DNA of 64,000 bases from a virus (taxonomy: Duplodnaviria > Caudoviricetes). Below, piece by piece: positions 38,560-47,288 of the stretch. A program made the position numbers and the translations under genes. The stretch spans positions 1 to 64,000 of the IMG/VR virus record IMGVR_UViG_3300029288_000148. One strand, 5' to 3'. Position 1 is the stretch's first letter, and each line of letters begins with the position of its first letter. The notes beneath the pieces are model-generated. The model made no database searches. It had not been told where the DNA came from and saw nothing but the letters and a program-made list of their open reading frames with translations.

Positions 38560-40379
38560 TCAGTAAATGGATGGGTTGTTGTTGAATTATATAACAAGGT
38601 TACATCGGCTGGTGTAAATGCCTGATGCCATATAGCGCATTCATCCATATAACCACGAAAGTTTAATGCACCATTTGTAGTATAATTACCGAAATATATA
38701 TTAGAATTAGATGAGTGTAATGTTCCGCTAAATGTATAATTAGCATCATAAGCTGTCGTTACGTCAACATTATTAACATATATTAAATTAGTTTTTCCAT
38801 CTCCCCTATGAACGAAAACTACATGATATACAGTACTATCTGAAATTGCTGCAGTAGATATAGAGCTATATTCTGTTCCAGTAGAATTATATGTCCTAAA
38901 CATTATTTTACCATCTGTATCTATATAAGCTCTATGAGTAAGTACTGGTGTTGCAGTATTTGTTATTGCAAAAATATAATCTGCTGTTGAAGCACCTATT
39001 GAATCAGCCCATATCCATGCAGATACTGTAAATAATGCATCAGGATTAACATTAACATTATAAGGCACTCTAATCTGACTTTTATATCCAATATGCCTAT
39101 TGTAATTATACTTTGCGTGTGCCGTAGTTGCTGTTGTGGCAGCACCTAAAACAGCTTCCTGAATATCATTTGCATCCGCTCCCGCTGTACCGCTTGTCTC
39201 ATCAAGTTTATAATAAACAGCTAAACTATCAAGTAATGGTGATTCCTGACCCTCTAATGACAAATAATTCCATGAAATAGGTTCTCTTATTCGTATTTCA
39301 ACCCATTCATCATCTGTCCAATCAGGTCTCACAAATATTGTATCTTCATTTATACGATAACTACTATCTCTTGTATTTATAGCACCCGTATGAAACCAAT
39401 GTAAATCACCTCGTCTATATACATCAAGCTGTTTACCTATAAATGCTGAATGAATAATAGTACTATCCCCCGAAGATGGAGCACCTGTGGTTGTCCCTAT
39501 AATAAACTTTAATATATCACCCGTAAAAGAGCCACCACCACCTGATCCTATATATCCCTGGACATAAGAGGGTGTAGCAACATAATCATTATCACTTGCA
39601 CCATCTGTTGTATCTGCTAATGCAATACCTATTACTGCATTATCTAACCTTTCCTGTATAGTATCATTAACTAATTCTGCTGTTTGTAAGCGTGGCATAT
39701 AATTACCCTCAGATACTCCGGTACTATCTGCTGTTCCTACCGTTGCCGTTGCTGTCCGGAAGTCTGCCGCACTTAATGCATTAACTCCATTTGTAGCTGT
39801 TATTTGCGGAAAGGTTATTGCTGAGGGATTAGGCAGCATAAAGAATGCTGATCCAACTGTTGTTGCTCCAAGGGATGTTCGTCCGTCTGCAGCGATAAGA
39901 TCAGTATTACCACCATCCCATTTAAGCCTATCCGTGTAGGCTGTGTTCCAGTTTGCAACTGGCATCGCAACACCACTAATTGTAGGTACGGTTGATATTT
40001 CTATGCTGGTAAACCACCCCTTTAAAATCCTATCTGCTATTGTCCCTATTGATGAGGCACCTAAATTACTATAATAATTTACCGCCGTTAATCCTGTCAC
40101 ATAAATAGACGATACTCGATCTATTGAATTACCTATTCCCCCTGTTATTAATAAATTATTACTACCCAAATCAAAATTTCCTCCGGAAAGCGTCAATTTG
40201 TTTATTGACTGAGTAAGAGACAAATCGTTATTGAAATTGATATTGGCTCCCGATCCCTGTAGATAAAATGTCGGTGTTGTCTTTTTTAGGGTTAAATTAG
40301 ATTCCATAAGCCTGGTTGATTGACAATAAGCCATGATCCCTACAAAAAACAATATGAATAGGAAAATCAGTTTTTTCAT
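38556..40379 (-). CDS. signal-peptide tail-fibre-like protein with C-terminal LamG domain
   Basis: MKKLIFLFILFFVGIMAYC|Q; phage fibre motif NWNTAY..GRTSLG.TTVG..PNPSAITF; YYKLDE..FTVSAWI..MDECAIW. Confidence 0.7.
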   Translation of the reverse strand: MKKLIFLFILFFVGIMAYCQSTRLMESNLTLKKTTPTFYLQGSGANINFNNDLSLTQSINKLTLSGGNFDLGSNNLLITGGIGNSIDRVSSIYVTGLTAVNYYSNLGASSIGTIADRILKGWFTSIEISTVPTISGVAMPVANWNTAYTDRLKWDGGNTDLIAADGRTSLGATTVGSAFFMLPNPSAITFPQITATNGVNALSAADFRTATATVGTADSTGVSEGNYMPRLQTAELVNDTIQERLDNAVIGIALADTTDGASDNDYVATPSYVQGYIGSGGGGSFTGDILKFIIGTTTGAPSSGDSTIIHSAFIGKQLDVYRRGDLHWFHTGAINTRDSSYRINEDTIFVRPDWTDDEWVEIRIREPISWNYLSLEGQESPLLDSLAVYYKLDETSGTAGADANDIQEAVLGAATTATTAHAKYNYNRHIGYKSQIRVPYNVNVNPDALFTVSAWIWADSIGASTADYIFAITNTATPVLTHRAYIDTDGKIMFRTYNSTGTEYSSISTAAISDSTVYHVVFVHRGDGKTNLIYVNNVDVTTAYDANYTFSGTLHSSNSNIYFGNYTTNGALNFRGYMDECAIWHQAFTPADVTLLYNSTTTHPFTE

Positions 40380-40690
40380 AACGTAATGATTGATAAGTTG
40401 TAATTGAAAGTAATATCATCTACGGATGCGTTATCAACTGTACAGTTTAACCTGAACACACCTGCATTATTGTCTGCGGCTATCGAAAGCCCCACATCAT
40501 CGCCAAATGAATCAGGGTTATAATCCGGAGCGTCAAGCGCTCCTTTATTTAGGATGCTAAAACGCCCTGCCCTCCTTAAAGCACCTCGTATCGCCGACCA
40601 TGCAACTATTATCCCATGATCCGTATTTGATGCACCAACATTTATGTTTGTTACAGCGTTGTGAGTGAGCGTATCATGTAATGTTGCCAT
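40376..40690 (-). CDS. small beta protein paralogous to the C-terminal domain of 25748-28219
   Basis: Manual alignment AVTNI.VG..TD..RG..NK..GD.VG..VD..DD..NY..ITL. Confidence 0.65.
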   Translation of the reverse strand: MATLHDTLTHNAVTNINVGASNTDHGIIVAWSAIRGALRRAGRFSILNKGALDAPDYNPDSFGDDVGLSIAADNNAGVFRLNCTVDNASVDDITFNYNLSIITL

Positions 40691-40697
40691 AAGAATA

Positions 40698-41027
40698 TTA
40701 CTTTAAAAAGAATACTTGAAACTTACATCCGGCAGCAGGAACTAATTTCGTAAACCGTCCCGGGAAAAATATATTGTAAGGATAGGTGTATGTCAAATAC
40801 TTTGCCGCTACGGGTGTCGATGCTCCTGCTTTCCCACCATGAGCAATAGTTGTTTGCTCCTCCATTTCATCGAAGGTGCCGCCTGCCGCATCTAAGCTTA
40901 TGAAAGTAGTTACAATCCTCCCTCCGAGGTCTTCATTTACCCCTCCTTCAATAATATCAAAAGCTTCGGGGTTCCCTGCACCTCCGGCTATTATCTGTTT
41001 AGGGTCTTTAAAGTTTTGGTATCCCAT
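40698..41027 (-). CDS. small putative virion protein
   Basis: C-terminal FPGRFTKL..G motif of small jelly-roll virion proteins. Confidence 0.5.
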   Translation of the reverse strand: MGYQNFKDPKQIIAGGAGNPEAFDIIEGGVNEDLGGRIVTTFISLDAAGGTFDEMEEQTTIAHGGKAGASTPVAAKYLTYTYPYNIFFPGRFTKLVPAAGCKFQVFFLK

Positions 41028-41066
41028 GATTTTATAATTTTTATTGTAAAATTAATCAAATTTCTA

Positions 41067-41106
41067 TCAAACAAAGACACCGGATGCGATAACATACCCG
41101 GTGTCT
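41067..41106 (-). terminator. intrinsic terminator
   Basis: 9-bp stem AGACACCGG/CCGGTGTCT followed by TTTGTTTG on minus strand. Confidence 0.7.
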
Positions 41107-41151
41107 AAAATCATAGCCTGAAATGAAAGATAATTCTCATCGTTCAATGTT

Positions 41152-42051
41152 TCATGTCTCCACGTCTTCACTGACAACAACTCTCGTTTTCCTTGCCTTT
41201 CCAACAAGATCAACCATCTCCTGAAAGTTCTTGTTGCCGTTATAATAGTCCAAAAGGACCTGGTGCGGGTCTGATCCCGGAGTTATCTTGCATATTCCTT
41301 CGACCTTCTTACCAGCTTCAACCCACTGCCATTCCTTCTTCGATCCGTCAAACTTGATTCTTCCGGCATCAATAAGGCTTTGGATCTTCACTCTTACCTT
41401 CAGATAATCTTCCGATCCGGAGATGTCAATAAAATGTGCATAACCTTTGTCGCCATTTCTTTTGATAACATGATCAAGGGCAATCTTCACCTGTGGAAAT
41501 GTCAACTGATCAACATTTTTCACAAAATACGACTTGGCAATAGCTCTCAGTCGTTCTTCTGGCAGTCCAATATCTTTCCCAAATATCAATGCGCTTGCCT
41601 GTGATCTCAGCGATTCAGCATCGGCTCTCTTTTCTGCTTCGGAAATGAGGTCCTCAAACATAAACTTATGCGTTTTCCCGGGACTTTTCCCATTTTGACA
41701 AAACTGCGACTTCATATAAAGAAACCAAGCAAGCTCTTTGTCCTTCTCTTCGAGTACAAGCGCTCCATTAAACCGTAAGTTTTTCGGGACAAACTTTCTC
41801 ACTCCATGCTCTTTGACGATCACATTATTCGCATATCTCCATACCTCTGAGCCGGTAGGTGTATGAACAACGGACCTTAATGGGAAAGACATAGAATTAG
41901 GCTTATCAGGCAATTTGTTTTGTGCGGTCCTGCTTTTTTTTACTCTCCCTTCCGGATAAACAATTTTCAAAGGAAACCTTTTAAATTTGTCATAAAGCGG
42001 TTTCATGTCGTTCGGTGCCAACTGATACATCTCATCATTCTTGTATAACAT
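41152..42051 (-). CDS. conserved crAss-like capsid-module protein (post-MCP gene)
   Basis: Position after MCP; length and style match the gene that follows MCP in crAss-like genomes. Confidence 0.5.
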   Translation of the reverse strand: MLYKNDEMYQLAPNDMKPLYDKFKRFPLKIVYPEGRVKKSRTAQNKLPDKPNSMSFPLRSVVHTPTGSEVWRYANNVIVKEHGVRKFVPKNLRFNGALVLEEKDKELAWFLYMKSQFCQNGKSPGKTHKFMFEDLISEAEKRADAESLRSQASALIFGKDIGLPEERLRAIAKSYFVKNVDQLTFPQVKIALDHVIKRNGDKGYAHFIDISGSEDYLKVRVKIQSLIDAGRIKFDGSKKEWQWVEAGKKVEGICKITPGSDPHQVLLDYYNGNKNFQEMVDLVGKARKTRVVVSEDVET

Positions 42052-42081
42052 AACTTTTGTATTAATTAGTTAATCATTCTT

Positions 42082-42210
42082 TTATTTTGCTCTCTTGCGG
42101 CCTACTGGTCTTCCAATTGGTCCCCGGCCTTGTCCTTTGCCAAGCCCCATTCCCTGCCCTTTGCTTTTTATCTTCGATCCGGGGCATGGTTTGTTTGTAG
42201 CTTTTTTCAT
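42082..42210 (-). CDS. 42-aa basic Gly-rich protein
   Basis: Hand-translated MKKATNKPCPGSKIKSKGQGMGLGKGQGRGPIGRPVGRKRAK*. Confidence 0.6.
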   Translation of the reverse strand: MKKATNKPCPGSKIKSKGQGMGLGKGQGRGPIGRPVGRKRAK

Positions 42211-42230
42211 TTCAATATTTATTTTTTATT

Positions 42231-42259
42231 AAAAAAGCCGGTGTTTCTCGGCCACCGGC
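42231..42259 (-). terminator. intrinsic terminator after major capsid gene
   Basis: Stem GCCGGTG/CACCGGC followed by T6 on minus strand. Confidence 0.75.
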
Positions 42260-42280
42260 AGCCGTCCATATCTGGATCTC

Positions 42281-43660
42281 TTAGGAGGGTTCCATAAGAA
42301 GAAACTGGTTTCCACCACGGAAATGTGCGCCGATATGTGCACGCATATAAGTGTTCCTGCTGTCAAATTCTGTGACTTTCAGACCTTCGCCTGCGCCACC
42401 TACCTGCCATACTTCCATCCTGCGGTTATACTTACCAAGACCACGGTAACGGCATCCTATTGATGCAACCATATTACCGGAAACAGGATCCTTACGTCTG
42501 TTGATAGGCATCCAAATACCTAACTGCGGAGCCTCATATCCTGCGGCACCATAGAGTTTCGGATTATTGAAAACGCCCATCCTTTTCATAAGGAACGTCC
42601 TTTCGGACTTCGTAAGGTAAGTAAAGTTGACCGATGCACTCAGAGCTTCATTGCTGTTGAAAAGCACCGAATTAGTTGCCTGTTTTGCATAATTGATGTT
42701 TGTGTTGGCAAAATAGGTAACAAGTGAATTTTCAATGTCCTGATGAAGTGTTATCCCCAAGAGGCCAAGAATGTAATTCCCTGCATGTTCACGGTCAAGG
42801 GTATTGTCCATTTCGTCAAATTCATCAATGTCAAATGCCCCTGATGTATATGACTGTTCGTTTCCTACCCTGCGGATATATGGTACCAGACCTTCGGTTG
42901 TCTTAATCGGCCTTCCGGTATCTGGGTCAATAAGTCCGGTGGTATTGGTTGTGATCTTGTTCCACAGAAGTGCACCGTCAATTTTCAGTGCCATTCTGTA
43001 GTCAATGTCAACCTGACCAAGAAAATAATATGCGGGAATAGCCTGTCCTCTGGATGTCACATTAAACCATGTCTGGTTCACCATTTCTGTTCCGGTGTTA
43101 CCAATGGTTTCTTTGATGATCTGAGCCACATTGTCATATCTCCATACTCCCCGAAGGGCTGCGTCCGGCTGTCCTGATCCTTCTGACCAAGCGTCGGTAA
43201 AGATCACAAGCTCATCACCTGCTGTAAGTGCAGGAAACTGATCAGAAACCTCATTGGGTTCGCAAGTGATTATCGGTGCTGTCGGATCGGTAACGTCAAT
43301 GTCAACAATCGATCCCGGTACTTCGTTCTGGAATAATATCTGATCCCAAAGACGAGGATAATAATTGTTGTTTACGTCAAGGTCAATAGTGTCAAGCGTA
43401 AATGAAATAGGATCGCCGACTGCCGGCTGTACCACATTCTCTTTTACGTGAATTATTTCATGGATACGGTTTTCTTCCCAGTGTCCATATTCATCCAGCG
43501 ATACTTGTTCTTCAAATCCCATGGATCTGAGTAGCTGGAAATAAGATGCTCCCTGATCTCCAAAACGGCTGAAAAGCACGTTCTGATTTTCTGGCTTGTG
43601 AATATCAAAGCCTGATACGATGTCAGAGGCGTATATTTGTGCAATAGCTTCTGGTCCCAT
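42281..43660 (-). CDS. major capsid protein (crAss-like HK97 fold)
   Basis: HKPE..SRFGDQ..GHWEENR; YDNVAQIIKE; KTTEGL; follows portal and scaffold; 459 aa. Confidence 0.85.
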   Translation of the reverse strand: MGPEAIAQIYASDIVSGFDIHKPENQNVLFSRFGDQGASYFQLLRSMGFEEQVSLDEYGHWEENRIHEIIHVKENVVQPAVGDPISFTLDTIDLDVNNNYYPRLWDQILFQNEVPGSIVDIDVTDPTAPIITCEPNEVSDQFPALTAGDELVIFTDAWSEGSGQPDAALRGVWRYDNVAQIIKETIGNTGTEMVNQTWFNVTSRGQAIPAYYFLGQVDIDYRMALKIDGALLWNKITTNTTGLIDPDTGRPIKTTEGLVPYIRRVGNEQSYTSGAFDIDEFDEMDNTLDREHAGNYILGLLGITLHQDIENSLVTYFANTNINYAKQATNSVLFNSNEALSASVNFTYLTKSERTFLMKRMGVFNNPKLYGAAGYEAPQLGIWMPINRRKDPVSGNMVASIGCRYRGLGKYNRRMEVWQVGGAGEGLKVTEFDSRNTYMRAHIGAHFRGGNQFLLMEPS

Positions 43661-43717
43661 TTTATTAAAATGTTTTTAAAATGTTTTACATAAATACTTT
43701 CGCCTCTTACTTACTGT

Positions 43718-44905
43718 TTAGATCCTGCCCATCTCGGCTTCAAAAATCTTCTTGGCTTGCTCATCCCTCTCATCAGGCTGTTCGACTTGCTTACCTGCCG
43801 TATCTTCCGGACTAATAGGAGAAGGATTGTGATATTTCTCCCTTACCTCTTTATCTGTAAGACTTCGCGCTTTCTCAAATACGGTGTGCAAAATCTTATC
43901 AAAATTCCTCATGATGATCTCAGAATACATAAACTTAGCCGTGTTTGTGATATTATCATTACTGGCATCCATGCGTTTGCCTACGGCGTTATTAATGGCT
44001 TCTGATTCGATAGCCTTCATAACATCTTCCGAAACAACGAAATTTGTCAAAGGCTCTTTCGATCCGGGAAGGTAAAGGGGTATCTGAGATAATTTCTCTC
44101 CCATTGCCCTGCTTGCAGTACTCCAAATGGTTTTTGCCTGTGTTTCCTGCTCTGGGGTCCATTTCTGATCTTTTACATCCTCATCCTGGACAGGTTCGGG
44201 AAGTTTTAATTTCCCTTTCAACTCCTGGAGTTTAACTTTGGCTCTATGGCCTTCTTCGGCCAAACCAATCTTATTAACCTCCAATTCATCTTCTTCAACT
44301 GATTCAGGATCCACATTGAACGTCTTCTCGATGTGCTTGCGAAGCTGTGGTTCCCTACTGGCGAGATTTGGGTTTTCCATAAGTCTTGATAGCACAATAG
44401 CATCCATGTCATCCATGTTTGCCATATCTGCGCTGTTAAGCCTGCTGAAAACATCAAAACTCTTAATTCCCGTATTCCTTACAAACTCATTGAATAAAGC
44501 CACGTCATCATTCGCGAAATTTGTTTTTGGCTTTATAGAGAGCTTGCTGCTCAATTCTTCCTTTTCTGCAGAAAGAGATTCGATCTGCTGTCTCAGCGTC
44601 TCAACCTCTTTAAGTCTTTCCGGGATATTTATTTTTTTCAGATCCTCCACTGAAGTAAACTGATCACCGAAAATCTCTTTCAGTATGCCAGTCTCGTCAG
44701 GTTTGGATCCTGCTTCGCTCGTTGGTTTATTTTCTACCGGAGGTGCTGCCGGGACTGCCGGGGCTGCCGGGGTCACTGGTGGCTGCTCCGTCTTCTGAGG
44801 TGGTGTTTCTCCGATCTGACTCATCAGTTCGCCCACATCAATACCCTCAATGCCTTTCAACGCCTCAAATTCTGCCTGTCTGCCTTCTGGAATTTTTTTA
44901 CTCAT
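43718..44905 (-). CDS. capsid scaffolding-like protein
   Basis: Acidic Pro-rich N-terminus, coiled coils, between portal and MCP. Confidence 0.65.
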   Translation of the reverse strand: MSKKIPEGRQAEFEALKGIEGIDVGELMSQIGETPPQKTEQPPVTPAAPAVPAAPPVENKPTSEAGSKPDETGILKEIFGDQFTSVEDLKKINIPERLKEVETLRQQIESLSAEKEELSSKLSIKPKTNFANDDVALFNEFVRNTGIKSFDVFSRLNSADMANMDDMDAIVLSRLMENPNLASREPQLRKHIEKTFNVDPESVEEDELEVNKIGLAEEGHRAKVKLQELKGKLKLPEPVQDEDVKDQKWTPEQETQAKTIWSTASRAMGEKLSQIPLYLPGSKEPLTNFVVSEDVMKAIESEAINNAVGKRMDASNDNITNTAKFMYSEIIMRNFDKILHTVFEKARSLTDKEVREKYHNPSPISPEDTAGKQVEQPDERDEQAKKIFEAEMGRI

Positions 44906-44924
44906 AGCAAGTGTTTAAGTTTTA

Positions 44925-44932
44925 CAAATTTA
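44925..44932 (-). promoter_or_regulatory. -7 element TAAATTTG upstream of scaffold/MCP
   Basis: Exact TAnnTTTG 20 nt before the start; no canonical -33. Confidence 0.5.
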
Positions 44933-44938
44933 TGAAAA

Positions 44939-47257
44939 TTATTTTGCCGATTGTCCTGTTGCCGCACCCTGCGGAATTGCCGTCTTCTCTATTGCGTTCA
45001 TAGTTGTCTGTAACGCAATCATTTCCTTTTCTCTTTCAAACTTTATAGCCTCGTATTTCTCTGTTAATTCCAACTCCGCTGCTTTGTATCTTATCTTTTC
45101 GTCTGTCTCAATCCTAAGCCTTTCAATTTCCGTCTGATTCTTTAATTGTATTCCCTCCAATTCCCTCTGCTTATCCAAAAGCATGTTTTCTCTTTGCAGT
45201 TGAAGTTGTTTTTCTTTGTTCTTTCTGCTTCGATAATTGAGAAATGCTTCGGCATATTTCAGGTTTCCATTTTCAAGAAGTCTTTCGATGAGGAGAAAAT
45301 CTGAAAGCTCAATACTTTTCGTTCCGTCCTGATCGGGTGTCATGGCTGTCATGGCTGCCTGTAAAATAACTTCCTTGCGTTTCTCTGTGGGTTTTGCCTC
45401 GTATTTGATATAATAGTTTGCATCAACAACGTCTGCGCTAACGCTTACTATTTGTACCCCTACTCTGCCAAGGACCGGGATGTATCCTTCATAAGCTTTT
45501 TTGTTATGTTTTATTAAGAGTTGCATGCGCATAGCTGCGTTCTTAGCCACCCTTTCCTTTACGTTGATATAAGCTGCATATATCGGTCTTAATGCGTTAT
45601 TTGTTGCGGCAATGGCTAATTCTGAACCTCCTACAGACTGTTCTGGGTTAGGGTTTGACGCATCGGCGATCTGGTTTACTCCGGTTACTTCCCTGATGAA
45701 GTTGATATATAAATCGAAAATCTTTATAAACTCGTCAAGCTGTCCTCCAATACCTCCTTGTAACTCCTGTATTGGCCGGTATCCTCCGGGAATGTTTGGC
45801 TGCCCCTTGTGGGTTGTTGCCTTGTAAATAAGATCACCTGTTTCCTTGCGCATCTGCAGAAGCTCCAATGGCTCCATCTTATTGCCGCCAAGCTTCATGT
45901 TTTGCAGTGCAGTATATTCTATCGATATTCCCGAAGGGGCTGCTTGTGCAAGTGCGTTTTGTAGTTTTATGTGAGCAAGTGCTATTTGGTGAAGACAGGG
46001 CTCTGCAGACTGAACAATAGCTTTATCCGGACGACTGTAAAAATGATAGGAAAGGTTTACTTCTTTATCTCCGGGCCTTGGTATGTCATGCTGCAACCCA
46101 AAATCAAAGACAATGTTTGTTCCGACAACCCATTTGGCTTTATAGACAACGTGAATATCATAAACATCTGTTTTGCGCTTATCGGTAGCCTTAACCGTTC
46201 CCCATTCTTCTTCGTATGTAAGCTCGTCCCCGTACTGATTCTTCCTTGTCGTCCAATATTCGCTATTAACAGACTTAAACTCGAAATCCAAAACATCGAG
46301 CATGAAATCGCTCCACTTACAAGTACTGGTAAGTTTTGAAAATTCCGCCCCAAGGTCCATATCGTTAAGCTGTGGGTTGCCATTTACTGCATTAAACTTC
46401 TTTGCGGCTTTTTGTAGTTCGGCAATATCCACATTTGGATCCTGTTTTGCAATCTCGTTTACTGACATCTGCAAAAGCTCTCCGGCCCAGACCATACCTT
46501 TAGAATCATAAGACTTTGATCTCTGTCCAATAAACATTACCGGATCAACATATCTGCTTTTAACTTTCTTAGAAAAATTATCTGTATAGTCTTTTGCGCA
46601 ACAGGCATGAAAAGTCACAAAATCTCTTATAAGCCTCCGCTTAACTTCCTTCCAATCGGATATATAAAACGTATAATCAAGCCCTTCTTCCAACTCGGTC
46701 TCCCTGCTCAGTTTAAATCCTCCCATGCCGGAATAAAGATCAAGCTCATCAACCGATTCTGGCATAAACTGTGCGCCGCTTTCAATGCCAAGCCCCTTTT
46801 CGATCTCACTAACTATGTCGTGGAACTTCATGTTAAAGGCTGTGCGTAACTTTAATTCCTCTTTCTCCCCTGTGCTTTTCGGATCAACGGCAGTAGCGAC
46901 TACCTGATGCTCTGTTTGCTCCATCATGCCCTCAATGACACGCATGAATTTTGGCATTACGGAAAATACATCAAAGGAAACATTCATATACCCTTCCATG
47001 CTGCCATCTGCCTCGCTTTCATCAAGGAGTATTTTTTGATAACGAAGGACATCCTGATTGCCATTTGCCAGGTCTCTTAACTCAGAAATTTCTTTTAGCT
47101 TGTTGTAGGGGATACAGGTACGATCTTTTAACCACAGGGAAATAATTGCCTCACCATATTTTTTTGCCCATTCCTTGTTCTTTTTCTTTGGGTTGATATT
47201 ATCTTCCGGAAAAGAATATGAGCCTGTTGTATATTGTTCGTAATAGGGTAATGCCAT
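44939..47257 (-). CDS. portal protein (crAss-like)
   Basis: DVFSVMPKF, AKWVVGT..FDFG, IREVTGVNQIAD; directly after terminase; 772 aa. Confidence 0.85.
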   Translation of the reverse strand: MALPYYEQYTTGSYSFPEDNINPKKKNKEWAKKYGEAIISLWLKDRTCIPYNKLKEISELRDLANGNQDVLRYQKILLDESEADGSMEGYMNVSFDVFSVMPKFMRVIEGMMEQTEHQVVATAVDPKSTGEKEELKLRTAFNMKFHDIVSEIEKGLGIESGAQFMPESVDELDLYSGMGGFKLSRETELEEGLDYTFYISDWKEVKRRLIRDFVTFHACCAKDYTDNFSKKVKSRYVDPVMFIGQRSKSYDSKGMVWAGELLQMSVNEIAKQDPNVDIAELQKAAKKFNAVNGNPQLNDMDLGAEFSKLTSTCKWSDFMLDVLDFEFKSVNSEYWTTRKNQYGDELTYEEEWGTVKATDKRKTDVYDIHVVYKAKWVVGTNIVFDFGLQHDIPRPGDKEVNLSYHFYSRPDKAIVQSAEPCLHQIALAHIKLQNALAQAAPSGISIEYTALQNMKLGGNKMEPLELLQMRKETGDLIYKATTHKGQPNIPGGYRPIQELQGGIGGQLDEFIKIFDLYINFIREVTGVNQIADASNPNPEQSVGGSELAIAATNNALRPIYAAYINVKERVAKNAAMRMQLLIKHNKKAYEGYIPVLGRVGVQIVSVSADVVDANYYIKYEAKPTEKRKEVILQAAMTAMTPDQDGTKSIELSDFLLIERLLENGNLKYAEAFLNYRSRKNKEKQLQLQRENMLLDKQRELEGIQLKNQTEIERLRIETDEKIRYKAAELELTEKYEAIKFEREKEMIALQTTMNAIEKTAIPQGAATGQSAK

Positions 47258-47288
47258 TACAGGAAATTTTGTATAAAATTACAATAAT

